Shown one piece after another: positions 31,978-42,542 of a stretch of DNA of 64,000 nucleotides; the first letter of the stretch is position 1, and each line of letters starts with the position of its first letter. Under the pieces are notes generated by a model. The model was not told the DNA's origin and made no database searches. It saw only the letters and a program-made list of their open reading frames with translations. A program made the translations under genes and the position numbers. Location of the stretch: positions 544,001 through 608,000 of the forward strand of contig CAVYTU010000015.1 of NCBI GenBank assembly GCA_963771465.1, written 5' to 3'. This stretch comes from an uncultured delta proteobacterium (GTDB lineage Bacteria > Desulfobacterota > Binatia > UBA9968).

Positions 31978-32208
31978 CTATGCACGAATAGGCGCTTTTC
32001 CGTCATCAATCCACTTTTTTGCAAATTGTACTCCCCATGATTCGGCCTCTCCAAGAGAAGGGAAGCCCGCGATCGGTCCATCGAATTTTCGCAGCTGCTC
32101 TTGATTTGTTTCGGACCAGGTTATGCTGACCGTTGCTGTCCAGTGATCACTGTTTGGGATTGGATTAGCGACGGATTTGATTAGATGATTTTTGTAGTTG
32201 GTATCCAC
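31978..32208 (-). CDS. Small hypothetical protein
   Basis: GGAG RBS, GTG start, YKNHLI...W...F....EAE.WG..FAKKWID. Confidence 0.6.
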   Translation of the reverse strand: MDTNYKNHLIKSVANPIPNSDHWTATVSITWSETNQEQLRKFDGPIAGFPSLGEAESWGVQFAKKWIDDGKAPIRA

Positions 32209-32371
32209 GGAATGTCTCCATCTCCGATTTCCCTTAACGTTTTGCCGACTAGCGTGCGCAATTCTGGCTTATTCGATCGATGATGTGATTGAAACAGTTT
32301 AGGTGGAACTTAGCGGATGGCCTGATCGGAGGCCGGAGTTGAGAGCGCTCACGCTGCTTGAGGATGATCGG

Positions 32372-32641
32372 CTAAACGTCCAACTCGCCAACTTCTCCCA
32401 GCCTAATCTTTTTAGCGTTCACGATCGCGATGAGAGCCCGTCCGTGTAGATACTCTGGGAGAACCAAACCTACTAAGTATTTGCTTCCGTCCCTTTTGCG
32501 GACGTCGAGAGCGATGTGGTCGTTAGATTGGTTACGTCGCTGGGCGCTCACCACCTCGTCGCCCGCCTCAGCGATAGCTGCGTGTCCAAATCGGCCAGCA
32601 GCTTGCGGCGGCCATTCTCGGGCGAGTTCTCTGATCTTCAT
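32372..32641 (-). CDS. Small hypothetical protein
   Basis: ATG overlaps the capA-like stop codon (ATGA); AAGGGGG RBS. Confidence 0.5.
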   Translation of the reverse strand: MKIRELAREWPPQAAGRFGHAAIAEAGDEVVSAQRRNQSNDHIALDVRKRDGSKYLVGLVLPEYLHGRALIAIVNAKKIRLGEVGELDV

Positions 32642-33474
32642 AAGAAATCCCCCTTTGCATAGGGCCACACCTTGGTTACGCTGGAATCCATAGCGAAGTT
32701 GCCCAAGCTATAAAAAATGACCTTGCCTTTGTAGACTTCAATCCCCTTTAGGATATGTGGATGCGTGCCAATGATAAGGTCAGCGCCCGCATCGATCGCA
32801 GCATGTCCAACTTCCCTTTGATACGTCGCTAGTTTGGCGGGCATGAAATGTATTCCCCAATGCATGGATACGATGACAACATCCGCCGCAGCTCTCACTT
32901 TCTTAATGTCCTCCACCATTGCTTGAACGTCTTCGCTATAAGCAAAGGTAAAAACTTCGGCCGGACTGCCCGGTTGGAAAGGCTCGGTCGGCTCATAAAA
33001 CGTTCGTACCCTGATAGGAACACAACCAGGCCTGTCATCCGTTGCCCAAAACCCCGGCGGAAGAATCGAGTTATAGGCGAGGAAAGCGACTTTCACACGT
33101 TTTCGCTCGATAATCGCTGGCTGCCTAGCTTCTTTGATTTCTCTTCCGGCGCCAACCAGTGTTATGCCGTTTTCCTGCGCTATATCGAGCGTATCTATCA
33201 ATCCGTCTGCACCCCAGTCCAGTACATGGTTACTGGCGAAAGACATCACATCAAAACCGGCCGATTTAAGTACCGCTCCAATAGTCGGGTGAGGTCTTTG
33301 CGCACTTTCTGTTTTGGGGGAACCTTTTTGAGAAAGGGTCGCTTCAAGCTGACCGAACAATATATCGGGCTCGTTGAGAACCGATAATGTCTGGGTGAAT
33401 GCCGATTCTGGATTGTCTCGAGTGACAGCCACATCGCCAACGGCATAGATAGAGACATTTTCTTGACTAGGCAC
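32638..33474 (-). CDS. CapA-family metallophosphatase (probably C-terminally truncated)
   Basis: AVGD, GQLE, ASNH.LDWG, SMHWG, IGTHPH, YSLGNF; ends shortly after YSLGNF. Confidence 0.85.
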   Translation of the reverse strand: MPSQENVSIYAVGDVAVTRDNPESAFTQTLSVLNEPDILFGQLEATLSQKGSPKTESAQRPHPTIGAVLKSAGFDVMSFASNHVLDWGADGLIDTLDIAQENGITLVGAGREIKEARQPAIIERKRVKVAFLAYNSILPPGFWATDDRPGCVPIRVRTFYEPTEPFQPGSPAEVFTFAYSEDVQAMVEDIKKVRAAADVVIVSMHWGIHFMPAKLATYQREVGHAAIDAGADLIIGTHPHILKGIEVYKGKVIFYSLGNFAMDSSVTKVWPYAKGDFL

Positions 33475-33875
33475 GTCTTTCTCCTGCTCAGGTCATTCTC
33501 TCAAAGCCTGCATTCAAGGGTTGTATTTACTTTGTGACCCATCGATCGAATATAAGTCAAATAAATTCTTGTTATTTTAATTATTATTATTTGTTATAGG
33601 TTGCCAAAGATCGTGATAAATTCTAATTTCGTCAGCACCTGGAGGGTTTCGATGCGTGGCGCTTACTAGCGGGCATCCTTTTCCAAAAGTTGATCGCGAG
33701 GAAAAAATACCGCAAAAAATCGAGCGTCGGCGGTATAGCACGGGTTATGTAGAATTTTTGCCGTCCCGTTCGCTTCGGCCTATTAACGATGCTCGACCTC
33801 AAAAAAACCATCGATCGGCAATCAATCCTTCAACAACTGCGTGCACTCAACGCCGAGAAAATTGAGCGGGAAACA

Positions 33876-34075
33876 GCGTGGATCTGGTTTTTTTGGAATC
33901 GTTGCTGCTGAACCGTGGGCGCCACGTTCAACCGATTGCGAATCACGTGGGAATTTTTCGCCGGCGTCTTTACTGGCCAGCTCTTGATAGCGTAGTCCCG
34001 GCACTTCGATTTGAATATCGATGCGATCGCGCAGTGAACCACACCCTTTGGAGCGATAGCGCTGAATCTGCAGCA
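33876..34075 (-). pseudogene. comM: ComM/YifB Mg-chelatase-like ATPase relic
   Basis: LQIQRYRSKGCGSLRDRIDIQIEVPGLRYQELASKDAGE then frameshifted IRNRLN...QQQRFQK. Confidence 0.7.
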
Positions 34076-34299
34076 GCGTGCCGCTGCATTCCGTTTTGCG
34101 GATCGGCATACAGTTGCTTCGCTACAATCCGTCCAAAGCATTTCGGCATGGGCTTGATCAACTTCGCGGCTCACCGTCTATAATGTCGCAGCGTTGACAT
34201 CGGTTGATGTTCTCAGATAGTTTTCAATCGTTATCCGACAAACAATTTTGACTAGAGCACTGAGTTGACGTTGCAGCTACCGAGACGGAGGAGAAGACG

Positions 34300-35652
34300 A
34301 TGACGGCGCAAAGTGGAAACTATCAAGGGGTGAGCGGGTTTACATTTACCAAGGAGGAGAACGAACAACTGACCCGCGTCGGCCCGGGGACGCTGATGGG
34401 CGACTTGTTCCGCCAGTATTGGCAGGCCGTAATTCCGTCGTCCTTTCTTTCAGAGTCGAGCAACAAACCCCTCCGAGTACGGCTGCTATGCGAAGACTTG
34501 GTGTTGTTCCGCGCCGGCAACGGCAAGATTGGTTTGGTCGGCGCTTACTGTCAGCATCGTTTGGCGCCTCTTTATTTTGGCCGAATCGAAAATGATGGCA
34601 TTCGCTGTCCCTATCATGGTTGGAAGTACGCCACCGACGGCACCTGCATGGAGATGCCGAACATTCCCGCCGAGCAGCAATTCTGCGACGCGATCCATCA
34701 TCCCGGTTATCCTTGCGTTGAGTACGGCGGCATCATTTGGACCTACATGGGTCCGGCGAAAGAGCTACCGCCGCTGCCGGAATTCGAATTCGCTCTCGTG
34801 CCTGACGAGCAACGCATCTACCGCGTGTTTCACCAGGAGTGCAATTATCTCCAGGTGCTCGAAGGCGGCATCGATCCGACCCATGTGATGTGGCTGCACT
34901 CGCCGTACAATTTGGCTGATGACAAATTAGCCGAAGAACACCAGCCCTCGCAGCACTTGGTAGCTAATAAATCGGGCATGCGGACGCCGATGGCGATCGA
35001 GATCGTCGACACCGCAGCGGGATTCATGTATGGCGCCAAACGCCCGTTCGGCGAGGGCAAGGATTTGTGGCGCGTCAACCAATTCATCATGCCATTCTAT
35101 TCGATGCCACCCGGCAGCGAATTGCGCGGCGCACGCATTTATACTCCGATCGATGATGAAAACTCGATTAAATGGCAAATTAATTGGTACCCGACCAAAG
35201 AAATTATGCAGTCGGTCAAAAAAGGTGACCGATTGAATTTCGCGGAAGAGGATTATCTACCGGCGACCCATGAACCCTATAGTTTCATCCGTCCCAAAGC
35301 GCTTAAGTCAAACGACTATCTGATCAATTGGGATGTGCACCATAGCAAACGGATGGGCATCACCGGCGTAAATCTTCAAGACCGCTGTGTCACAGAAAAC
35401 GAAGGGCCGACACCGATCCTCGATCGAAGCAAAGAAAATCTTTGCAGCGGCGATTACGCCACCATCCGAGCACGGCGGATGCTACTCAAAGCTGCCAAAG
35501 AGCTGCGCGAGCACGGCACACCTCCGCCGGGAGTAAACGATCCGCGCGTTTACCGATTGCGCGCGACATCGACAATCGTTCCCGACAAGATTCACTGGGT
35601 GGAGGGCGTGAAAAACGAAGTGCTTATTTCAGGCAGCACCGCGTTAGGTTGA
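34300..35652 (+). CDS. Rieske non-heme iron oxygenase alpha subunit (phthalate dioxygenase/LigX-like)
   Basis: LTRVGPGTLMG, CQH...CPYH Rieske motif, EGGIDPTH..WLH, QD; TTGACA at 34194 upstream. Confidence 0.92.
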   Translation: MTAQSGNYQGVSGFTFTKEENEQLTRVGPGTLMGDLFRQYWQAVIPSSFLSESSNKPLRVRLLCEDLVLFRAGNGKIGLVGAYCQHRLAPLYFGRIENDGIRCPYHGWKYATDGTCMEMPNIPAEQQFCDAIHHPGYPCVEYGGIIWTYMGPAKELPPLPEFEFALVPDEQRIYRVFHQECNYLQVLEGGIDPTHVMWLHSPYNLADDKLAEEHQPSQHLVANKSGMRTPMAIEIVDTAAGFMYGAKRPFGEGKDLWRVNQFIMPFYSMPPGSELRGARIYTPIDDENSIKWQINWYPTKEIMQSVKKGDRLNFAEEDYLPATHEPYSFIRPKALKSNDYLINWDVHHSKRMGITGVNLQDRCVTENEGPTPILDRSKENLCSGDYATIRARRMLLKAAKELREHGTPPPGVNDPRVYRLRATSTIVPDKIHWVEGVKNEVLISGSTALG

Positions 35653-35716
35653 GACTTGGCGGGTAGCGCATGCACCGCTGGTCCCTTCGGTTTACATCGA
35701 TCCGAAGTTCGGCCAA

Positions 35717-36781
35717 TCAATAACCATACTTCTCGACGATAGGCTGCAGCCGTTCGAGGTTGCGCTTGACCTCATCGGTCTGGGAAATTTCCCGCCATGC
35801 TTCTTGAGCCAATTCTTGTTTGATGACTTCTTTGACATCTTGACGTGTAATCGCGCGCGATAGCACGCCGGCGTCTTGATGCTCTTGCAAAATCCGCCAC
35901 ACGCCTTCTTCGCTGACGTGGCCGTCTAATGGCACAAAGTAACTCTCCATCAGCGTCTGCGACAGCAGATCGCGCATGCGTTCGGACTCGTCAGGATTTT
36001 CGACTCTGAGCTTGGCCTCGACATAACGGTGAAATGGAAAATTCTCCGGCGCCATGCGCATGGAGTGATAACCGCGAATCTGCGCTTTCCAATAGCGGAC
36101 AATCAATTCCGGGTTTCGTTCAATAAACGATTTGCGCGCTATCGTGACCCGATCCGGCCGCCCATGGGGCTTGGTGTCTTCGACAAAATCATAGAGCTTG
36201 TTGAATCCCTGTTCCAGCAGCGTCGGAACAAACGGGTTGGCGACAATGGCCGCATCGGTCTCGCCGCGTAAAAGCGGTTTCCACGCTTCACGCATGGAGC
36301 CATAGAGGTACCCTACTTTCCACTCGACTTCACTTTGAGGATCGATGCCCTCCTTGCGCAGTTGGTGCTCGAACCACATGGTGGCGATGCCGCCCTTGTA
36401 CCAGTCACCGATTCGTTTGCCCTTGAGTTGGGCAATCGATTTGATGCCAGGGGCAGTCACGAGCGTGCCTGAAAACCAATTGCGCCAGCCGCCGATGATG
36501 CGCACTTCGTCATTGCCTAAAGCCCGCTCGGCAAAGGGCGTGCGCACGTGGACATCCGGAATAATATCGATTCGAAACGCAATCATGTCGCGTAGGACCG
36601 TGCCGACTTCATCATATCTTTCCCCGTCAGGACGGCTCGATTCGATCGCTTTGGGATTGACCTTGGCGTGGACGATCTCGACGTCAAGCCCCTCCTGAGC
36701 GAAAAGTCCTGCTTCCAGCGCGTAAGTCGCCGCTCTTACATGTCCCGCATGCCAACACCCGTTGCCTACGCGTAGCTTCAT
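35717..36781 (-). CDS. CWH-motif SsuA/NMT1-fold protein, paralog 1 (no signal peptide)
   Basis: Start MKLRVGNGCWH after GAAGGAG RBS; 354 aa; GLFAQEGLDVEI, SIAQLKGKRIG, GETDAAIV, FIERNPE. Confidence 0.85.
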   Translation of the reverse strand: MKLRVGNGCWHAGHVRAATYALEAGLFAQEGLDVEIVHAKVNPKAIESSRPDGERYDEVGTVLRDMIAFRIDIIPDVHVRTPFAERALGNDEVRIIGGWRNWFSGTLVTAPGIKSIAQLKGKRIGDWYKGGIATMWFEHQLRKEGIDPQSEVEWKVGYLYGSMREAWKPLLRGETDAAIVANPFVPTLLEQGFNKLYDFVEDTKPHGRPDRVTIARKSFIERNPELIVRYWKAQIRGYHSMRMAPENFPFHRYVEAKLRVENPDESERMRDLLSQTLMESYFVPLDGHVSEEGVWRILQEHQDAGVLSRAITRQDVKEVIKQELAQEAWREISQTDEVKRNLERLQPIVEKYGY

Positions 36782-37021
36782 GATGACTCCTTCAATCTTG
36801 CTAATTCTTTCGCCGCAAATTACTGCTATCGTTACGTCCAACCTATCAATACATTCAAATCACGGTCAAGCTTACATCGAAGATTCAAAAATTTTATTTC
36901 GGTTCTTTTGAATAGTTCCTCGGCATCAATCATCACCGCATGAAAAGAATGATCGACCAATTGAATCTTCAAATGCGGGTGGCTTGATTATGAAATTGTC
37001 GTGCTGGCGATTGTTGTGTCA

Positions 37022-38023
37022 TCAACGCTTCAGTTGATCGAAGAAGCCTTCTTTATCCAACTCAACGACTAAACTCGAGTCGGTGAAGTCAGATGCTTTC
37101 TTGCCCTTGAGCTCAGGGATTGCGGCCGTCATATCTTCAATCGCCGCTTCCAGGGTCTCTCGGATGGGATAAGGTTTGTCAGGGTGGAGTCTAACGACAT
37201 AGTTAGCGTGGGTCGACTCGAGGAAGCGCGCGTCGACCTTAAGAACTTTCTGTATTACGCGGAAAGCTAACTCTTTATTGATTTTCGCCAGCCAAATGCC
37301 CTCGGATACTGCTTTGATAAATGCCTTTAGCTGTTGGCGTTGTTTGGCGAGAATTTGTCTGGATGTCGAAAAGTCGACCGTCGAGTTCACGCCAAAGGCC
37401 AAAGCGTCGGCGAGGACATTGAGTGGGTAGCCTTTGTGTTGGAATTGCGAAACCGTCTCCTGATTGGCGAGCGTGGCGTCGACTCGTTTCTGTAAGAGCA
37501 CGTTAATTCTTTCTTCGGATACTAACAAGCCAGTTGGCAAGAGTTTTACGTCCTTCCCCGGAGTGAGACCGATGCGCGGCAAAAGCCGTTCCAAGACGAA
37601 ATCGGTCGAAGTTCCCGGACGGCTAGCACCGATAATTTTCCCTTTCAGTTGATCGACAGAATTGATCGGCGGCAAGGCGACGAGTTGATTGGGCGTTGAA
37701 GAAAAATTGCTGATGATGACTACCGGCGCGCCGCGCGCCGCGGCGCCGATGGTTCCCTGCCCGCCGCCGACAACGAGCTGCACCTCCCCGGCGAGCAGCG
37801 ATTGCAGCGAAGTCGACGCGCCCCTGATGTAAACGATGTTGACCTCCAGACCATGTTTCTGAAACAAACGCTGCTCCTGCGCCACCAACATCGGAATGCG
37901 GCCTAATCCCACCGTCGAGGTGGCGAGGGTGAGCCGGTCATTTTTTTTCTCTTGGCTGTAGCCAAATTGTCCAAGCATCAGGATATGCCATACGGCATAA
38001 CTCACTAACAGCGATCCCTTCAT
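37022..38023 (-). CDS. ABC substrate-binding protein, SsuA/NMT1 family (secreted)
   Basis: Hydrophobic N-terminal leader; LFQKHGLEV, SVDQLKGKIIG, VDAT. Confidence 0.85.
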   Translation of the reverse strand: MKGSLLVSYAVWHILMLGQFGYSQEKKNDRLTLATSTVGLGRIPMLVAQEQRLFQKHGLEVNIVYIRGASTSLQSLLAGEVQLVVGGGQGTIGAAARGAPVVIISNFSSTPNQLVALPPINSVDQLKGKIIGASRPGTSTDFVLERLLPRIGLTPGKDVKLLPTGLLVSEERINVLLQKRVDATLANQETVSQFQHKGYPLNVLADALAFGVNSTVDFSTSRQILAKQRQQLKAFIKAVSEGIWLAKINKELAFRVIQKVLKVDARFLESTHANYVVRLHPDKPYPIRETLEAAIEDMTAAIPELKGKKASDFTDSSLVVELDKEGFFDQLKR

Positions 38024-38248
38024 AAATTCACCTTCAATGGCGCGAGAAAAATTTTACCTGGCAGTAGCCTGCTCATCCAGGCGCGACGCAGATGCCCTTA
38101 ACACGTTTACGCTTACCGGATGACTTGGCTCGGAGTCTAGTGAAGCGCGAGAATATTAACAACGAACGTCGCATTTGCAACTCTGCTTGACACGCTTCGA
38201 TGACAAGTAATATGACTTACTATCGTCGCCGTTAGGGGGAGAGCACCG

Positions 38249-38896
38249 ATGATCAGTTATGCAGGAATGGATATCCTCGATACGTTGGACGAACTCGTCG
38301 ATCCCAAACATACGGCGTTACTTTTGTGGGACTTCGCGGAAAATGTCGTCTTGAACCGCTACAGCACCGACGATCTCATCCGTAACAGTTCTCGTCTGCT
38401 GGCGGCGGCCCGCGAACACAACGTCTTGAGGATCTTCTCACATCAAAACAACATGCGTATCGTCGGCGACACTGGCGCGCCGACAGTGCGCATGAGACTC
38501 ACCCGAGCCGGCAAAGCGGTGGCGGACATCGTGCGCGAGCCCGAGCCCAAAGGATTTCCCGCCAAACCGCAGTTGGTCGAGGCGATGCGGCCCAAGGATA
38601 ACGAAATCGTCTTTGAGAAATTCATTCCCAACGCTTTTCTCGGCACGTCCTTCGAGTGGACGCTGCGCAAGCACGGCATCAAAACCATCATTCTGACCGG
38701 GGTAAACGTGGCGACCGGCATCAACGGCACCGCGCGCGAGGCGATCTGCCGCGGCTTTTACGCCGTCATCGCGCGCGACTGCGTCGGCACCAACTCGCCG
38801 GAAGATTACGCCGCCGCGGTGACCTACCTGGAAAAAATATTCGACGTGCACGATTCGAGCGAGATCATCGATTCGTGGAAGCGACGCAAAAGTTGA
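38249..38896 (+). CDS. Isochorismatase-family hydrolase
   Basis: TALLLWD, FEK...AF.GT, LTGVNVATGI.GTAR.A...GF. Confidence 0.85.
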   Translation: MISYAGMDILDTLDELVDPKHTALLLWDFAENVVLNRYSTDDLIRNSSRLLAAAREHNVLRIFSHQNNMRIVGDTGAPTVRMRLTRAGKAVADIVREPEPKGFPAKPQLVEAMRPKDNEIVFEKFIPNAFLGTSFEWTLRKHGIKTIILTGVNVATGINGTAREAICRGFYAVIARDCVGTNSPEDYAAAVTYLEKIFDVHDSSEIIDSWKRRKS

Positions 38897-38950
38897 AGCA
38901 CTAACTCGACACCCGCATCCGTCTAGAGTTAATGCCGGTGCAAACCGGTT

Positions 38951-40096
38951 CTAGGCATACAACGACGGCGCCATGCTGGTTTTAATCCCTTCCTCAGCCA
39001 GCGCCTTTTCGTAAAGCCGCCTGATCTCCGGATCCTCTTCTTTATAGTCGATGCAGTCGCCGCCTTTGCTGACGCTCAGCGTGGTCTTGTATTTTCCCTC
39101 GACGCCAAAGCTGCCACGCAGCGCCAGATAGCGCGTCGGCGACGTGCTGGTGGGAAAATGAAAGTGGAACCAGCCGGCCGGCGGCACGATGATTGTCCCC
39201 TTCTTCCAGGGAATCGTCATTTTTTCATTCTCTCTGCCAGTCGGCCACATGAGCGAGTAACCTTTGCCGTTGAGCAAGATGATATGCGCGCCGCCGCCGT
39301 GACGGTGCGCCCGTTTGTATTTGCCCACTTCGAATTCCGCGGCGTGACAGATCACTGTGTTGTTGGATAATTTGAAATGCATGCTGGCGAAGCCTTCGCC
39401 GGCACCGGGCATTTTCTCGACTTCGACGCTGCGCACGTCGGCGATGAAATTGGTCCTCAGCGTGTTTGACCGCGCCGGCTCTTTTCCCGCCTCGAAGTCT
39501 TCGACGGAGTTCCAGCGCGCATAGCTATCGTCCCAACCGAGCGGCGTCGTCTTGGTGCTAAAATAATCGTCCTCGGCGTCGAATCTATTTCTAAATACGT
39601 AGTCGTTATGAAAAACCAGATCGAGATCGCGGAACAAGTTGAGAACGGTAGGCGCCATGGTCATGGCGATATACTTGGCGGGCTTGTCGCCCTGACCGTT
39701 GAAGTGCTGATACCAACAGTTGAGCGGCGGCGAGAAGAGGCTTCCTTCTTGCCATTCAAAAGTCCGTTTCGGGCCGCCCTCGTTCCACACCGTTGTCGCG
39801 CCGCGCCCTTCGAGAACATAGATTTGCTCTTCATAGAAATGGCGTTGCGGTTTGAGCTGTCCGCCCGCGGGGATTTCACAGAGATAAAAATCATTGATCT
39901 CCTCGGAACCGACGAGGTTGATAAAGCAGCCTTTGCCGCCTTTGCGTTCCCAAGGACCGAGTGTGAGCTTTTCAACGTCTTCTACAGAGTATCCCTCGAA
40001 GACCGGTATTCTCTCGCGGTCCTGCCATTGTTTATAAAATGTTTTTTTGACCTGGCGCACCTGGCCGGCGGCGTCGATAAAGTATTTTTTTTCCAT
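38951..40096 (-). CDS. Bicupin protein (gentisate-dioxygenase-like fold)
   Basis: PQRHFYEE.IYVLEG.G, PPLN.WYQHFN, AHRHGGGAH, WFHFHF. Confidence 0.8.
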   Translation of the reverse strand: MEKKYFIDAAGQVRQVKKTFYKQWQDRERIPVFEGYSVEDVEKLTLGPWERKGGKGCFINLVGSEEINDFYLCEIPAGGQLKPQRHFYEEQIYVLEGRGATTVWNEGGPKRTFEWQEGSLFSPPLNCWYQHFNGQGDKPAKYIAMTMAPTVLNLFRDLDLVFHNDYVFRNRFDAEDDYFSTKTTPLGWDDSYARWNSVEDFEAGKEPARSNTLRTNFIADVRSVEVEKMPGAGEGFASMHFKLSNNTVICHAAEFEVGKYKRAHRHGGGAHIILLNGKGYSLMWPTGRENEKMTIPWKKGTIIVPPAGWFHFHFPTSTSPTRYLALRGSFGVEGKYKTTLSVSKGGDCIDYKEEDPEIRRLYEKALAEEGIKTSMAPSLYA

Positions 40097-40147
40097 TCAA
40101 CTGTCTCCTCAAACGATCTTGTCTTGTGCTTGTCACCGCTGCATAGC

Positions 40148-41236
40148 TTACCGCGATCCCGGTAGCCCGAGAATCTTGGCGTGCTCTTCGCTGTACTGTT
40201 CTGATTTTAGCGCGCAATCGGCGCCGCATATCGCCATGTATTTTCCTTTGGCCATGGAATACTTCCTGGAGGTTGGAATCCAGGGAAACTCACGATAGCT
40301 GGTTTTTTCGATCAACGGCTGAGCGCGAGTTGCCAGCCAGACCGCGAAGAGTTGAGTAGCGGCCGGGGTGGTCGACCAACGCACGACATGCATCTCGGTG
40401 GTGATGTCCAATATGTAGGGATCGGGAAGGACGAACACGAGCGGCGCACCTTCGTCGATCATCGGCATGGCGTTGTGATAGTTTGCCGCGCAACTGATGG
40501 CATACTCACCGGCCGCGACCTTTTCCAAGTTTTCACCCATTCCGCGATTGAGCACGACTTTGTTGGCGACCAACCCCTTGAGCCATTTCAAAAACCAGTC
40601 CCTGGTTTTTGGATCATGTTGGAAAGCCGCCAAAGTGGCGCGGGGATCGTAAATAATTTTGCCGCGCCATTTCGGGTCGACGCAGTCATCCCAACCCTTC
40701 GGCGCCTGGTCGGCTCGAATCAGATTCTTGTTATAGGCAATACCGCGCGCCCCTCCGGTGCTCGCGAGATAAAGCCCCTTCGGATCTAGGCTTCGTGGAT
40801 CGGGTTGATGCCAACCTTGAGGCAGTGAGCGAAAAAGATCTTTGTAGGGGAAGCGCGGCGTGAGGAACATTTTCTCTTTGATGTATTCGGGCCATAGCTC
40901 GTTTGAAATGAATGGGATGTCGATATCCGGCGCGCGCCCCGAACGATACTCCATCAACATGCGCTGCATCTGTTCGACCGTGCGCAGCCGCACGAAGCTG
41001 ATCGATTGGATGAAGGGAAATTCTTTCTTGAATTCTTCGAGCACCGGTTTCGCCTGAGCGTCGGTCCAGGTGATGCCAACGATCAGTTTCCCGCTCTTTT
41101 TTTCTACTTCGCTCTTAGCCGCGTCGACGAGCTGGGTAAACAAATTGCTCTGGGCGTTGGCGATGGAAAGTAGACAGGCGATGTTGAGGATGAACCATCC
41201 TGTCGCAACTACACTGCTCATTCGCGTCAATCTCAT
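40148..41236 (-). CDS. ABC substrate-binding protein (Fe3+/thiamine/polyamine cluster)
   Basis: Signal peptide (ANA-Q), IAYNKNL, PKGWDD..DPKWRG, GEYAI. Confidence 0.85.
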   Translation of the reverse strand: MRLTRMSSVVATGWFILNIACLLSIANAQSNLFTQLVDAAKSEVEKKSGKLIVGITWTDAQAKPVLEEFKKEFPFIQSISFVRLRTVEQMQRMLMEYRSGRAPDIDIPFISNELWPEYIKEKMFLTPRFPYKDLFRSLPQGWHQPDPRSLDPKGLYLASTGGARGIAYNKNLIRADQAPKGWDDCVDPKWRGKIIYDPRATLAAFQHDPKTRDWFLKWLKGLVANKVVLNRGMGENLEKVAAGEYAISCAANYHNAMPMIDEGAPLVFVLPDPYILDITTEMHVVRWSTTPAATQLFAVWLATRAQPLIEKTSYREFPWIPTSRKYSMAKGKYMAICGADCALKSEQYSEEHAKILGLPGSR

Positions 41237-41468
41237 CGGCACACCTCCTTTACCACAACGGCTAACGATCATAAGCGCCAGAACTACTCTTTGACTGTTC
41301 CCATTGTCAAGAACTGGATGGCACTCAACACGGGTTTGCAAGCCGATACCTTGCGCAGCGCCGCATCCGCGCGTGAATCTGGTAAAAGAATTCCGATTGA
41401 CACAGGCGCTCCGTTTGATAAATGCTCGACCAAACGTAAATCGTCGCGAAAACTTTCAGGAGGTGGAT

Positions 41469-42542
41469 ATGGCAGTATTCGTTGGACGCTGGAGCGTCGG
41501 CTTGATCTCATCAATTTTCACGGCCGGGTTATTCATCATGTTTTCTTCGGCGCTCAATGCCGCTGAAAAATCCATCGCCGATCGCAATTTCACCGATGTT
41601 ATCGAAGGCGCCAAAAAAGAGGGTAAATTGGTTGTCTGGGACACGACGAGAGGCAAAGGCAAAGAGCACTTCCGCGCCTTTGAAAGAAAATATCCCTTCA
41701 TCAAAGTCGAGCAGGCATTGGTCCACAGCGACGAAGTTGTGCAGAAAGTCACTATGGAACAACGCGCCGGCCGGGCGCCGACCGCCGATGTGATCGCTTG
41801 CAACAGCGTGTCCTATGAACAAGGCAAGCTCGACGGGGTTTTTACCAGTTTTCCATGGCGCAAAGTATTTAAAGACATTCCCGCCCAAGCGGTCGACAAA
41901 GACAACTTCGGCGTCGGGGCCTATGGGAACATATGGACGATGGCGTACAACACCAAATTGGTCCCCAAAGAGAAGCTACCTAAGAGTTACGACGATCTGT
42001 TGAGCCCAGAATGGCGCGGTAAATTGGCCGTCGATATTCGAGTCAATCCCTGGGCGTATATCGCTTCCTCAGGGGTTTGGACGGTCGAAAGAACCGAAGC
42101 CTATGTAAAAAAAATCAAAGACAACCAACCGAAGTTTGGCCGGGGCGGCACAGCCATCGCGCAGCTCTTGACCGCCGGCGATTTTCACATCGCGCCGGTT
42201 TACGTGTTTAACATTATCGAAGCGCGCAAATCCGGCGCGCCGATCGATTGGATTCCCATGGAACCGATTGGCGGCAACATCGCTGGTCGCGCAATTCCAA
42301 AAGGCGCGCCGCGCATCAATGCCGCGGCGTTGTACATCGGCTGGCTGGTATCCCCCGAAGGACAAAAAGTTTACGAGGACACCGAAGGCCGCGCGTTGCC
42401 GTATGAAGGGTTAGGCACCGAAATGTCGAAGATGCTTTCTGGCAAAAAGCTTGCCGTACTCGGTTGGGGCGATACTGAGAAAGCGCTCAAGCATGATGCC
42501 ATCGAAGACAAACTCATGACGCTGATTGGCTCCAAGAAATGA
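41469..42542 (+). CDS. ABC substrate-binding protein (Fe3+/thiamine cluster)
   Basis: GAKKEGKLV, FERKYPFI, AYNTKLV...PKSYDDLL.PEWRG, WLVSPEGQ. Confidence 0.88.
   Translation: MAVFVGRWSVGLISSIFTAGLFIMFSSALNAAEKSIADRNFTDVIEGAKKEGKLVVWDTTRGKGKEHFRAFERKYPFIKVEQALVHSDEVVQKVTMEQRAGRAPTADVIACNSVSYEQGKLDGVFTSFPWRKVFKDIPAQAVDKDNFGVGAYGNIWTMAYNTKLVPKEKLPKSYDDLLSPEWRGKLAVDIRVNPWAYIASSGVWTVERTEAYVKKIKDNQPKFGRGGTAIAQLLTAGDFHIAPVYVFNIIEARKSGAPIDWIPMEPIGGNIAGRAIPKGAPRINAAALYIGWLVSPEGQKVYEDTEGRALPYEGLGTEMSKMLSGKKLAVLGWGDTEKALKHDAIEDKLMTLIGSKK

Noticed and set aside
32638-33474. Poly-gamma-glutamate capsule locus
   Set aside because: No capB/capC; stand-alone and apparently truncated.
36782-36841. N-terminal extension or signal peptide on paralog 1 suggested by the ORF track
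   Set aside because: A strong RBS precedes 36781, the extension is not signal-like, and the other six copies start at the equivalent Met.
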